A stretch of 64,000 nt of DNA, taken from the NCBI RefSeq assembly GCF_009914755.1, contig NC_060930.1. One strand, given 5' to 3'. This stretch comes from the human T2T-CHM13v2.0 reference genome, Homo sapiens. Position numbers and translations under genes: made by a program. Positions 34,154 through 48,844 of the stretch are shown piece after piece (positions within the stretch are counted from its first letter, which is position 1; the number at the start of each line of letters is the position of its first letter). The notes under the pieces were generated by a model. The model made no database searches. It saw only the letters and a program-made list of their open reading frames with translations, and was not told the origin of the DNA.

Positions 34154-34920
34154 TCAGGACTAAACTCTGACCTTTTTCTTCTCCTGTCCAAATTCCTATC
34201 TAAGGGGCTTAAGGATTCACACACTAAAAACCATAAAGTCTCATCAGAGGATTTTATTTAACCCTATATAACGTGGCTTACTTTCCAACCTAACTCTGGC
34301 ATAACATCACATGACAGATAAAGAAGGGAATTAAAATATGTTAACTCCAATTATGTTTCTTTACCATATCTTGACATAGGCCTGCGAAGCTGTCTCTTGT
34401 GGGGAAAATCTACATTCTGCAGAAGATCCCCTTTCCTTTGTAGGCCTTTTTCCTGATCCAGAAGAGTAACCACTAAGACTCTGGCACTTTTTAAGTCTAA
34501 TAAATATTTACAATCTATTCTCTCTGAAGCCTGCCACCTGGAGGCTTCTTATGTATATTGGGGACCTTGGTCTCCACGATCCGTTATCTTAACCCAGACA
34601 TTCCTTCTATTGAGTCTAGGTCTTTAGACAATAACTTAACACTTTCAACCAATTGCAATTTAGAAAATTATCGAATCCACTTATGACCTGGAAGCCCCCA
34701 CTTTGAACTGTCCCACCTTTCTGGACCTAAGCAATGTACATATTACATGTATTGATTGATGTCTTATGTCTCCCTAAATTGTATAAATCCAAGCTGTAGC
34801 CTGACCATCACGCACATGTTCTCAGGACCTCAAGACTGTGCCTTGGGCCTCTGGTCGCTCGTAGTTGACTCAGAATAAATCTCTTCAAATATTTTACAGA
34901 CTTTGATGCTTTCATTGACA
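34154..34920 (+). mobile_element. MER4D-like solo LTR
   Basis: tcaggactaaactctgacc...cagaataaatctcttcaaatattttacag...ttgaca; MST LTR sequence resumes immediately afterwards. Confidence 0.8.
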
Positions 34921-36505
34921 TAGCAATTCATGAAAGGCCTAATACAGAAAATTGGTACCAAGAAGTGGGGCACTGCTATAAAGATACCTAAAAACGTGGA
35001 AGTGGCTTTGGACCTGAGTAACCAGCAGAAGTTGGAAGAGTTTGGAGGGCTCAGAGGAAGACGAGATGCTGAGGGAAACTTTGGAACTTCTTAGATACCA
35101 GTTAAATGACTGTGACCAAAACACTGATAGTGGTAAAGACAGTGAAGTCTAGGCTGAGGAAGTCTCAGATGGAAATGAACTTGCTGGGAACTGGAGCAAA
35201 GGTCACTCTTGTTATGCCACAGCAAAGAGCTTGGCTACATTCTGTTCATGCCCTAGGGCTCTGTGGAAGCTTAAACTTGAGTGATGGCCTAGTGTACCTG
35301 AAGGAAGAAATTTCTAATCAGCAAAGCATGTAAGATGTCTCCTGGATGCTTCTAACAACATACAATCATAAATGGGAGCAAAGAAATGCCATACAGTTGG
35401 AATTTATATTTAAAAGGAAAGCAGAGCATAAAAGTTCAGAAAATTTGCAGCCCAGCCATGTGGCAAAAAGTAACTGTTTTTGGTGAGAGGAATTCAAGCA
35501 GGCTGTGGAGCAACCATTTACTTAAGATATTTGTGTAACTAAAAAAAGAACCAAAGGCTGATAACCAAGGCAATGGGAAAGGCCTCCAAGACATTCCAGA
35601 TATCTCCAAGGCAGTCCCTCCCATTACAGGCCCTGAAGTCTAGGAGGAAAGAATGGTTTTGACGGCCAGGGCCTGCTGCCCCACACAGCCTCAGGACACT
35701 GCTCCCGTCTCCAGCTCTGGCCTCAGCTCAGAGGACCCCAGATACAGCTTGGGCTGCTGTTTCAGAGGGTGCAAGCCACAGGCCTTGGTGGTTTCCATGT
35801 GGTATTAAGCCTGCGGGTGCACAGAGTACAAGAGTAAAGGAGGCTTAGCAGCCTCCAGCTAGGTTTCAGAGGATTTGTGAGAATGCCTGGGTGCCAAGGC
35901 AGAAGCCTGCTGCAGGAGTGGAGCCTTCACAGAGAGCTTCTACTAGGGCAGTGCCAATGCCAAGGGGAAATGTGGAGTTGGAGCCCCCACACAGAGTCCC
36001 CACTGAGGCACTGCCTACTAGAGCTGTGAGAAGAGGGGCACCATCATCCAGACCCCAGGATGGCAGATATTCCAGCAGCTTACACCCTGCTCCTAGAAAA
36101 GCCGTAGGCACTCAGCAACCAGTGAAAGCAGCCACAAGGGCTGAACCTTGCAAAGCCACAGGGACAGAGCTGCCCCAGGCCTTGGGAGTCCACCCCTTGT
36201 ACCAGTGTGCTCTGGATGTGGGACACAGAGTCAATAGAGATAATTTTGGAGCTTTATGATTTAATGACTGTCCTGCTGGGTTTCAGACTTGCATGGGGCC
36301 TATAGCTCCTCTCTTTTGGCCAATTTCTCCCTTTGGAAATGGGAATGTTTATCCAATGCCTATAATCCCTTTGTATATTGGGAGTAAATAACTTGTTTTT
36401 TATTTTACAGGCTCATAGGTGGAAGGAACTTGCCTTGTCTCAGATGAAACTTTGGACTTAGGACTTGGGACTTTTGATTGAGTTGATGCTGGAACAAGTT
36501 AAGGC

Positions 36506-37263
36506 TGAGGATTAAGCTCTGATTTTTTTTTATCTTGCCCAAATTCCTTTCTAAGGGGTCTGGGGAGTCATGCCCTACCAACCATAAATTCTCAGCAGAT
36601 GAGTTTTATTTGACCCTTTCTATCGTGGCTGACTTTCCAATCTGACTCTGGCATAACAAGGAAGAAAATCAAAATGTTTTACCTCAAAATATATTTCCTT
36701 GCCATACCTTGAAATTGTCCTGCAAAGTCTCTTGTGGTAAAAATCCACATTCTATAGAGAAACCCCTTTTCCCTTTGTTTTCCTTCCTTCCTTTCCAGAT
36801 CCAGGAGATAATCAACTAAGAGCCAGGCACCCTTTTTAAGTCCAAAAAGAAACAATTTACAACCTGCTCTCTCTGAAGTCTGCTATCTGAGAGCTTACTC
36901 TGCAGAGTAAAACATGGTCTCCACAATCCTTTAGCTTAACCTGAACATTCCTTTCTATCGATCTCAGATCTTTAGATAAACTCAACCAACTGTCAACCAG
37001 AAAATGTTTAAATTTACCTATAGCCTGGAAGCCCCCGCTTTGAGTGGTCTCGCCTTTCTGAATGAAATCAATGTATTTCTTAAGTGTATTTGATTGATGT
37101 CTCATGCCTCCCTGAAATATATAAAATGAAGCTGTGCCCTGACCACCTTGGGCACACGTTCTCAGGACCTCCTGAGGGCTATGTCACAGGCCATGGTCAC
37201 TCATACTTGGCTCAAAATAAATCTCTTAAAATATTTTACAAAGTTTGACTCTTTTCGTCGACA
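36506..37263 (+). mobile_element. MER4E-like solo LTR inside the MST internal region
   Basis: tgaggattaagctctgattttt...cttttcgtcgaca; flanks aggc/agac (TSD with one mismatch). Confidence 0.85.
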
Positions 37264-38215
37264 AGACTTTGGGGGACTGTTGGAAAGACATGATTATATT
37301 TTGCAATGTGAGAAGGACATAAAATGTAGGGGACCAGGAGTAGAATGATATAGTCTGCATGTCCCCTGCAAATCTCATGTGGAGATGTAATCCCCAGTGT
37401 TGGAGGTGGGGTCTGGTGGGAGGTGTTTGGGTCATGCCGGCTGATCCCTCATGGCTTAATGCTGTCCTCACCACAGTGAGTGAGTTCTCATGAAATCTGG
37501 TCATTTAAAAGTGTATGGCACCTCCTCCTGACCACTTGTTCCTGTTTTCACCCTGTGAAGTACCTGCTCCCTCTTCACCTTCTGCCATGACTGTAAGGTT
37601 CCTGCAGTCCTAATTAAAAGCAAAGCAGACGTTGGTGTCATGCTTGTACAGTCTGCAGAACCATGAGCCAATTAAATCTCTTTTCTTTATAAATTATCCA
37701 GTCTCAGGTATTTCTTTATAGCAATGCAGAAATGGCCTAATACATGCAAGAATAAGAAATATGAAGAAAAATACACCAAAACATAGCATGATCAAATTGT
37801 TCAAAATTGGTAACATAGGAAGTTTTAAAGGCAGCCAGACAAATATAACCCATTGTATACATGAGAACAAAGATAAAGATAATAACAGAATTCTCATTGA
37901 AATGATAGAAGAGCAACATATTAAAAACCTGAAGAAAAATCTGTCAAACTAGAATTCTCTACTCAATATAAATGCCTTTCAAAAACAAGGCAAAATAAAA
38001 ACTTTTTTAAACACACAAAGGCTGAAATAATTTATCACCATATTTGCACTGAAACATATGTTAAATAAAATACTTCAGGCAGAAGGAAAATGCTACCAGA
38101 CGGAAACATGCATGTACACAAAGGAATGAAGAGCACCAAAAATATAATTACGTGGGTAGATGTGTAAGATATTTTTCCTTCTTAAATTTAAGAGCCTTAA
38201 AATTAAAAAAGAAAA

Positions 38216-38537
<322 letters not shown>

Positions 38538-39194
38538 TTAAAAGATCCCTGAATGTTTAACAAAAGTAATAATGGATTGTCAGGTTTGTAGCATATGCAA
38601 AAGTAAAATGCATGACAACAAAAACATAAAAGTTGTGAGAGAGGAAATGAAAGAGATACAATGCTAACATTAACGAAAATAGAAAGTAGCCAAAGAAGAT
38701 TTCAGAGCAAGAATATTACCAGGGATCAAAAAACAGTATCACTTTATAATAAATGAAGTCAGTTCAACAGGACATAAAATATACTAAACACATATGTGCT
38801 TAATAACAGAGTTTCAAAATACATAAAGTAAAAACTAATGGAAGACAGATAAGTTCACAGAGTCACAGATTTCAATATGCCTCTTTCAATAACTGACTGA
38901 ACAACTGGACATGAAATCCTCAAGAATATAGAAGACTTGAAGAACACTATTAGCCACCTCAACCTAACTGACATTTATAAAACAAAAGACACAAACACAA
39001 TTATTCCTAATAGTGTTACTTGCAATAGTCAAAAACTAAAAATAACCTAAATTCCCACCAATAGGAGAATGCATAAAGTATAGTATATCCATACAATGAA
39101 TATTACTCAATAATAAAGAAGAATGAACTACTGAATGCAGGAACATGGATCTCAATTATCCTGAGTGAAGAAAGCCAGACAAAATGAGTAAGTA

Positions 39195-41385
39195 TCGGAC
39201 ATCACCAAGCTGGTGAAATAGAAGCTAACCCACTCATATCTCCCGACAATAACAAAAATTCTGCACCCATCCATGGTCCAAAGTCTCTCTACAAGAGCCT
39301 CAGAATTCAGGTGGAAGTTGTGAAACCCCAGCAGAGCCAAGATCTTAGAAGGTCATTTTGAGAGTTGAGACCCACACCTAGGTGGCTGATTCACTAAGCG
39401 TGCTCGTAGCTTCAAGCCCAGAAATGGCCCAGTCCTCCAAGGGGCTTGGTTACCACCTCATTTGGCCTTGAGCCTGAAAACAAAACCAACAGCCAAAGGG
39501 TCTGGCAGGAATCACACACTCTACTAACTGATGGAAGGGCTCATCTGCCTGTTGACAATGGTCTAGGCAATGAACCTGAAAGCTGCCCTGTGGCTTCGCT
39601 CCAATTCCCTCATCTGAGGTCCCAGGTAAGAGCTGCTTACACAAAGACCCACAGGGAGACTTGCCCGTATCTTGCAACCTGGGAGTCTCAGCCCTCCCTG
39701 GCAGGCTCGCCACACTTCCTCCCATGACAGATCCTGAGGGTACCCAATCTCAGCTCTGGGCTCTTCTGCTGCACTCAGGGAACTATCCCATCTGTGCTGA
39801 GACCTGCTAGGAGATACATGCTCCTCTGTGCCAACTAGACCTCTCTAGTCTCCCACCCACAGCAGATCATAAGGGGGCCCAGTCCCAGCTCCAACTCCTC
39901 CTGTTGAAATCGGGGAACTATCTCATCTCTGCAGGGACTTCCTCAGAGACATGCAACCCTCTGAATCAATGTGACCAGGCTCTCCAACCTCTGTCCCACA
40001 GCAGATCCCAGACGGGCCCAATCTCAGCTCCAGCCCATCCTGCTGCAGTTGGGAAACTATCTTATTGGCGCAGGGTCTCCCTGGGAGACAAATGACTCTC
40101 TGAGCCAACAAAATCAGCTCTCCAACCTCCATCCCACAGCAGATCCTGAAGGGACCCAGTCTCAGTTCTGGCCCCTCTCACTGCTGTTAGAAAACTATCC
40201 ACGGACTCCCAATCTCAACTCCCATTCCTCACCTGTGCAGAGACCTGCTGGGTGACACACCTGTCTGGGCCACTAGGACAGCATTCTGGACTCAGGTGCC
40301 TGGTCAGCATTCCCACAGAGCCCCAGTACCCACGCTGAGTCCTACCCAGGTCCATCTGGGCCAGAAAGCTGTGTCAACCTCAGAGTTCTTGCAAGACTCG
40401 CAGCAATCCTGTGCTTAAAGCATCCTCTAATGCTGAGATGGCTGCAGTGGTCATGGGCTCAGGGAACTCAACAGTCAGTCTATGTAGAATCCCTGGAAGG
40501 CCCTCTGAAGAAGGACAGGCACAAACAAAGCCAGACTTACGAAGACTTAAATAAATACCTAATCCCTCAGTGCACAGACGTAACCACATGTCCACAAGCA
40601 TCAGCAATGCTCAGGAAAATATGACCCCATCAAACAGACAAAATAAGTTGCGACAGACTGACCATAAAATAATGAATATGAGTGGTCCCTCAGACAAATC
40701 ATTCAAAATAGCTGTTTTAAGGAATCTCAAGAAAATTTAGAAAAACAGAGAATCAACTCAGAAATCACCAAAGAAACTTAACAGAGATTAATTTTAAAAA
40801 AAATCAAAAATTTTGGAGCTAAATACAAATAATTAAACGAAAAATGCAATAGATAGCATCAACCACAGAATTCAGCAAACAGAAGAAAGAATCAGTGAGC
40901 TCAAAGACAGACTATTTGCAAATACACAGTCAGAGGAGAAAAAAGAAAATGAAAAGGAATGAAGAAGCTTATGGGAGCTATGAGACAACAAAAGAGCAAA
41001 TATTCAGGTTATTAGAGTTAAAGAAGGAATTGAGGAAGACGAAGTGGTAGAAGGTTATTCAAAGAAATAACAGAAAACTTTCCAAACCTGGAGATATAAA
41101 TATCTACGTACTGGAAGGTCAAAAGTTACCAATAAGATTCAACCCAAATAAAAATACCCAAAGATATATTATAATCAAACTTTCAAAGGTCAAAGACAAA
41201 GAGAGGATCTTGAAAGCAGTGAGATAAAATAAGTAAATAACATACAAGGGAGACCCAACATGCCTGGCAGCAGACTGTTCAGCAAAAACCTTACAGGCAA
41301 GAAGTGAGGGGAGGCAGTGATATATTCAGGGAAAGAAAAAAAATGCCAATCAAGCATACTGTACCTGGAGAAACTGACAACTAGA
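39195..41385 (+). mobile_element. L1 5'UTR + ORF1 relic
   Basis: GC-richer repeated 5'UTR followed by A-rich ORF1-like sequence (gaagaaagaatcagtgagctcaaagacag); ends approximate. Confidence 0.65.
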
Positions 41386-41389
41386 CTAA

Positions 41390-44300
41390 GTGATATCAGC
41401 AAGACGGCTGACTAGAGACACCTGGCACTTGAGCCCCTCCAAAAGAAAAAAAAAAACAAGGCAATAAATAAAAAGCTAAGATTTGACTAGAGTGTGGAAG
41501 GAAGAGCACTGCAACACAGCAGGGGAAGTGATGATGCACCTGTGGTGACTGGAAGTCCAGGAGAGCAGCATAGAGGTACCTAGCCTCTGTAGCCCCAACT
41601 CCCCTGCCTGGGTCAAATCTGCCCAGCGTCAGATGGGACTTCCCCCTGCAAGGAAAAGGTAAGCAAAAGATCCCCAACCACCCACATCACCACCACAAAC
41701 ACCTGAAGTCTTTACAACAGGAGAATCCCACAGTCCCTGCAAGCCCTGAGCCTAGTTTGGGAGCTGCTGGAAATTCATGCTGTTGCATTACCCCAGATTA
41801 GGAGCACGAAGTGTGCACTCCTCACTCCCCACCCACCCTGTGAGCCAAAGCTGCTGTAGCACAGCACCATCTTGAGACCAGAGCTGCCTCTCCAACATGC
41901 CCTGCTCTGGGGGCCAGAAGTCACTGCCATTCTCCAGCCCTGGGGCTCCATCTTTACTATACCAAGCCCACATGAGTGGCTGAATGTCACAACCCCAGTT
42001 GCATGGAGCCTGGGACCAGGATCGGCTGTTGAGACTGGCCCTGCACAACAGAGAAACCAACCCTCGCCACTGCACTTCCAGCCAGAGAAACAACCCAGCA
42101 CTCCTGCCAAGGACAAACCTGCCCTTGATTTAGCCAAACCATTGCACACCCTCCTCAAAGCAGGAGAGGCTCCTGAGACTCCTAACAGATGATTCACCCC
42201 TGGGCCAGCAGAGTTGCTAAACACCTGTGCTCAGGACCTGGGAAACACCCCTATGGCACCCCTGCCCCAAGAAGAAATACTTCTGGGCTGCCCAATGTCC
42301 CCGAGTCTCCAATAAAGGCCTGAGAAACAGTCTCACAGGCTGACTATGGCAAGCATGCTCCCAGGCCCAACAAACAGCTATGTGCCCATGTCTCAGACTC
42401 AAGAAAAAGACCCATGGGTTGCCTTTGGAGGCACATCACCAAGCGGGCTGAGCAGCCCTGTTCCCATGTCCTGGGCCTATAGTAGCCCTGTGCCCACACC
42501 CAGGAGACATACCCCCAGGTCAGCCAAGCAGCCATAAGCTGTGTGACTATGTCCTGGGACTGAGAAGCAGTCCTGTGGGTTTCCCCCAGCAGATATGCTC
42601 TCAGACAAATCCAGCAGCTGTGTGCCCACTTACAAAGCCTGAGAAACAGCTCTATGGGCCACCCCTAATGGGCATGCCCGCAGCCAGCTGAGCAGCCTTG
42701 TGCCTACGTCCAATGCTGGAGAAACAGCCCCAGGAGCTGCCCCAGCAGATAAGTCCCCACGCTGGCCAAGCAACCATGTGCCCATGCTCCTGGCCACAAT
42801 AACATCCCTGTGGCCCCAACCCCAGCAAGCCAGACCCCAAGTTGGCTGACCCTATGTGTACATGTGTACCCCCAACCTGAGAAATACCAGGTGAACCCAT
42901 CCTTGGCAAAGCTACACAACCATCACCACAAATTCTCTTAGTCAAGGCCATTGAGAAACTCATAAATGCCACTAGTGTGGATTACAACAGAAGAAACCAC
43001 ACAGATACTACGCTACTACATCCACCTAGAATCAAGACCAAAAGACCCCACTAAACTGACACCCCAGGACCCATTCATACAAATAAATCCCTATGAAACG
43101 TGCTCCATATAATTGGAAGGTGCAACTTTCCCATCAGATGCTCTTAAATCAATGTCAGGACATATCAACCATGAAAATCAAAGAAAAAAAAAAAGCCAAA
43201 AACAAACAACAACAACAAAAAGTCACCTCCAAAGGAAAACAACAATTTTCCAGTAACAGACACCAATCATAAGAAAATATATGAAATGTCAGAAAAAGAA
43301 TTCAAAATAATAATTTTAAGGAAACTCACTGAGATTCAAGAGAATACAGATAGACAATTCAACAAAATCAGGAAAACAACTCATGATATGAATGAGAAAT
43401 TCAACAAAGAAATAGGTATTATTTTAAAAAGAACCAAAGAGAAATCATAGAGTTAAAGAATTCAATGAATAAAATTTAAAAACATAATTGAGAGCTTTAA
43501 CAACTAGATTAAGCAACTAGGCTTCATCACGCTGAAGAAAGAATTTCTGAACTTGAAGACAGGACTTTTGAAATAATACCAGCAGACAAAAAAAGAATAA
43601 AAAAGAATAAAGCCTATGTGATTTATGAGACTAAGCAAATAAATATTCATAATATGGGCATTCTAGCAGAAGAAGATAAGGGAGAAGGTGAGGAAGACAT
43701 ATTTAATAAATCATAGCAGAGAACGTCTCAAGTCTTGGGAAAGAGATGGAAATCCAGGTTCAGGAAGCTCGAATAACCAAATAGTTTCAAACCAAATAGG
43801 TCCTTTTAGAGGTACATTATAGTCAAATTGTCAAAATCGAAAGACAAAGAAAAAATTAAAGCAGCAAAAGCATCAAGTCACATATAAGGGAATCTCTATT
43901 TGACTAACAGCATATTTTTCAGCAGAAACCTTACAGTTCAGGAGAGAACTGGTTGCTATATTCAAAGTACTGAAAGAAAATAAACTTCCAGCCAAGAATA
44001 TTATACCCAGCAAAGCTATTTTTAAGAAATGAAGGACAAATTAAATCTTCAGAGACAAAATTCAAGGAATTCATCACCACTAGACTGGTCTTACAAGAAA
44101 TGCTCAAGGGAGTCTTTTATCCGGAAGGAGAAGGATGATATCCACCATCATGAAAACATGGAAAACTACAAAAGTCCCTTGTAGACCCAATACACAAAGG
44201 AGAAAGACAAAGGAATCAAACCTATAGAAAACCACCCAACTGAAAAAATAAACAGTAAGAGAAGAAGTAACGAACAAAAGATATACAACTAGAAAACAAT

Positions 44301-45200
44301 CAATAAAATGACAGGAATGAGTACTTACCTATCAATAACCCTGAATGTAAATAAATAACATTCCCTATTAAAAGATATAGACTGGCTCAATAAAAAGAAA
44401 AATATGACCCAACTATATGTGGACTACGAGAAACTCATCTCACCAATAAAGACACACATAGTCTTAAAGTGAAGGGATGGAAAAATATATTCATGCAAAT
44501 GGAAACCAAAAGCAAGCAGGAGTAGCTATACTTACATCAGATAAAACAGACATCAAGTTAAAAGCTGTACAAAGAGACAAGCAATACATTATATAATAAT
44601 GCACTCCCATATTTATTGCAGCACTATCACAACAGCCAAAATATGGAATCAACCTAAGCATCCATCCACAGATAAATGGATAATTTGGTACATATACACA
44701 ATGGAATACTATTCTGCCATAAAAAAGACTGAAATCCTGTCATTTGCAGCAACATGGATGGAACTGGAGGTCATTATGTTAAATGAAATAAGCCAGGCAC
44801 AGAAAGACAAATATCACATGTTCTTACTCATATGTGGAAACTTAAAAAGTGGATCTTGTGGAAGTGGGGAGTAGAATGGTGGTTACTAGAGGCTGGGAAG
44901 GGAATTGGGGAGAGTGAAAAGAAGTGAGAGAAGGGATAAAAAATACAGTTAGATAGTAAGAATAAGTTCTGGTATTCAAGAGTACAGTAGGAAAATTACA
45001 GTTAATAATAACTTATTATATAATTCAAAATAGCCAGAAGAAAAAAACTATAATGTTACCAACACAATAAAAAGATAAATGTTTGAGGTGATGGCCATCC
45101 CAATTATCCTGATTTGATCATAACACATTGTATACTTGTATCAAAATATTACATATACCCCCAAAATATGTACAACTATTACATGTCAATAAAAATTAAA
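41390..45200 (+). mobile_element. L1MA-type element: 5'UTR, ORF1, ORF2 start, then ORF2 end and 3'UTR (large internal deletion)
   Basis: Endonuclease-start sequence near 44330-44590 joins directly to the ORF2 C-terminus (WYIYTMEYYSAIKK...SFAATWMELEVIML) and a 3'UTR ending in aataaa near 45188. Confidence 0.75.
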
Positions 45201-45576
45201 TTGCCATATGATTCTATTTACATAAAACTCTAGAAAATGCAAACTAAAGGGACAGAAAGCCTATATTTATAATATAAAGAACTCCTTCAAATCAATAGAA
45301 AAAAGACAGATAATCCAATAGAAAAAAATGGCAAGAGATTTGAAAACATATATCACAAAAAACAATATCTAAATGGCCAATAAATGTGCTAAACCTCTTT
45401 AATAATCACAGAATTACTAATTATAATTAGGTACCACTATGCCCTTTTCGAAAGGCTAAAATAAAAATAAACAAGTGTAGGTGAAGATATGGTTCAACTG
45501 AAAGTCACACACCATTAGAAGAAATACAGATTGGTACAACCAATTTGGAAATCTGCTTAGCATTATCTACTGAATA

Positions 45577-45814
45577 TAGACATCCCTCACTATCATGAGG
45601 AATTGATTCCAGGAACCCCACATAAACCAAAATCTGTGTACACCCACATCCCACAGTTGGCTGTGTGGACTCCACATATATGAAAAGGTACCCCTCCAAA
45701 TATGCAGTTTTCATATCCTGAAAATTCTATAGTTTTGACCCACATTGCGTTGAAAAAAATTCATGTATAAGTGAACCAGCACAGTTCAAACCCATGCTGT
45801 TCAAGAGTCAACTG
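45577..45814 (+). mobile_element. MER8-like Tigger MITE within an older L1ME fragment
   Basis: gattccaggaacccc...cagttcaaacccatgctgttcaagagtcaactg, about 240 bp. Confidence 0.7.
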
Positions 45815-46667
45815 CTTATGTATCCTTTACAACTCAGCAATTATGTGTGTGTGCACCAAAAGACATAGGAAAGAATCTAGCAGCCAAAAAACTGAAATAC
45901 AACAAATGTCTACCAACAGAAGCATGGATAAAGTGTGGTCTACTTACATAAGTAGAATGTAATTCTATTTATCATTCTATAATAAAAAAGGATAAAGTGT
46001 CTATTTACATAAGTAGAATGTAATTCTACTTATTACTCTATAATAAAAATGTATTTTTATTTTAGCCTTTCAAAAACGGCACAGTGGTACCTAATAAATC
46101 CTAATACTGTGTAGCAATGAAAATGAACAACATGGATGAACCTCATAAACATGCTGATTAATCAAAGAAACCAGCACAAAAAAGTATGTAATGTATAATC
46201 ACATTTATATAAAGTTCATCACAAGCAAAATTAACCTGTGGTATTAGAAGTCAAGATAGTGTTGCCTTTTGGGGAGGAGAGAAGTGGGCATTGACGGAGA
46301 AAAGGCATGATCTAGGGGTGGTTACCTGAACATATTCATTTAGTTATAGTCATTACAACATGCACTTATTATGTGGAACTTTTTTTTTCTAAGTAGTTTA
46401 TACTTCACCGAAAAAGTGAGAAACGTCAATCTAAACATTCGAATGTAGGAGACTTGATTATGTTAAGATGAACCTTTTCAATCAGTTTCTTACTGAAGAA
46501 ACTTATTAAATTAATTCCAAATCACTTGTGTTCTAAATATAAAAATATTATAAAATACATGAAAGTAAATTTAAAAATAAAAAAATATATATAATGTTTT
46601 TATCAATATTTTTCTCCTATAGTTGGTAGCTGAATCCACAGAGGGTAATGCTGTCCGAACAGCATCA

Positions 46668-46991
<324 letters not shown>

Positions 46992-47754
46992 CTACTGATA
47001 GTTACTAGTTTGACCACACACATATACCACATCATACCTATTTATTCACCTCTCCTCATCCCAAGAAAAAAGAAGAGAAATTGCCGAAAACTCTGGAGCT
47101 TCCACATTCTCAACTGCTCCATTCTTCTCACGGGCTTTCCAGTTAAGCAAACCTTGACTCAAATACCACTATTCCCACTTCACAGAGCCTGCTTAGGCTT
47201 CCTCGATCAGCTTCCACAACTGTCAAATGAGAACAGTTACTGAGAGGCAAAGACTAAACAATGATCCATGTGGCATGGGTGCAGCGCTGTGGCACTTAGC
47301 GTTCTAAACGTTGGTTACTGAAATGACTAAGACACAAAGTTATTTTCTGAATTGACCACAGCAAATCAGTTGTTAGGAAACTGCAATTGGAACCCGCATC
47401 TCCCATAACTAACCTGGGCTTGATTCAACAATTTCACAACACTGTATGTAATTACAGTTAAGCTACCACAGGTTCTATAATCAGTGATTCACTGGCTATG
47501 TTTCGTAAAGCATAAACTAATGAAACACTGACAAAGATAAAATGTTTCAGATCTTCATCCAACTTTACACTTAACTTCACAGCATAGTCACTTCAGAAAC
47601 ATGTGGGAATGGCACTGGGGTCATCCTTGATTCTGTTGTACCCCACACCCCACTGCAGGCCGGCAATAGATGCACCTGAAGGCACAGACAACAGACCTGC
47701 TTAGAAAGTGATGGGCAAGCACCCAAATATCCAGTGGGGTCATGCACGCTGTAG

Positions 47755-48220
47755 GTATTCAAAGGCCCACCCATGAGGCCCTCACACTGGTCACGTGGAT
47801 TCAGAGGATCCACCCATGTGGCGCTCATGCTGGTCATGTGGATTCAGAGGATCCACCCATGCGGCCCTCATGCTGGTCATGTGGATTCACAGGATCCACC
47901 CGTGAGGCCCTCATGCTGGTCACGTGAATTCAGAGGATCCACCCATGAGGCCCTCATGCTGGTCATGTGGATTCAAAGGATCCACCCATTAGGCCCTCAT
48001 GCTGGTCATATGGATTCAGAGGATCCAACCATGAGGCCCTCATGCTGGTCATGTGGATTCAAAGGATCCACCCATTAGGCCCTCATGCTGGTCATATGGA
48101 TTCAGAGGATCCACCCATGAGGCCCTCATGCTGGTCATGTGGATTCAAAGGATACACCCATGCAGCCATCACACTGGTCACGTGGATTCGAAAAATCCAC
48201 CCGTGTGCTCCTCGTGCTGG
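47755..48220. repeat. 43-bp VNTR, about 10-11 copies
   Basis: Unit ggattcagaggatccacccatgaggccctcatgctggtcatgt, period 43 (47797, 47840...). Confidence 0.96.
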
Positions 48221-48844
48221 CCCTGAGAGATTCTGCTAACCCAGCCTCTGCCTTTCTCTTCCTCTTCTCCAGCTCCTCCCTCCACTGCTACTCTATTTAC
48301 TCTTTCTTCCAGCTCTTACAACACAGCAGGGCTTTTACTGCCTCAGCACGCACACTTTATCTTCATGTTCCATTCCTCCTCATCTCTGCACCTTGGGAGC
48401 TCTTCCCATTCTCCAGGTCTCAGCAGAGGCCCCTGAGAGCTGGCTCCCATCCCTGCCCCCCTACCCCATCCACCTCCTTCCCAGCACTTCACACAATCTA
48501 AACTATTTTGCCCTTAGGAGGCAGCAGGACATGGATCCATGGCCAGACTGATAGGATGGAATCCTTTGTCTGAAGGACCCTTGATCAGACAGGAATTGCA
48601 TAGAAAGAAAGAGCACTGTAGGGTGCTACTCATCAGCAGGACCTTCCGCTGCCTGCCTCCCAGCCCCTTGACTGAGAAGTCTGACATTCCAGTGCAAAGT
48701 GTGACCGCTCAGTACCACCTCTGTGCTGCGGGCGGGGCAGCAGTAACAATTTCCTGTGTGCAGGGGGGAGCAGAATTTCACAAGAGAAGTGAAGCAAAGG
48801 AGAATGGACCACTCGAGATCATCTTCTGAAAATACTTCAAAAGA

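Larger units (their letters stand above)
32630..37744 (+). mobile_element. Full-structure MaLR MST (MSTA/MSTB-like): 5' LTR 32630-34946 (interrupted), internal region, 3' LTR 37346-37744
   Basis: Two similar LTRs (gagatgtaatccccagtgttgg...gcagaaccatgagccaattaaatctcttttctttataaatta...cctaataca); internal region starts gaaaattggtacca. Confidence 0.85.

Noticed and set aside
47755-48220. Palindromic 43-bp repeats as CRISPR-like repeats or a coding repeat
   Set aside because: No spacers; the ORFs shift frame with every unit; an ordinary minisatellite.
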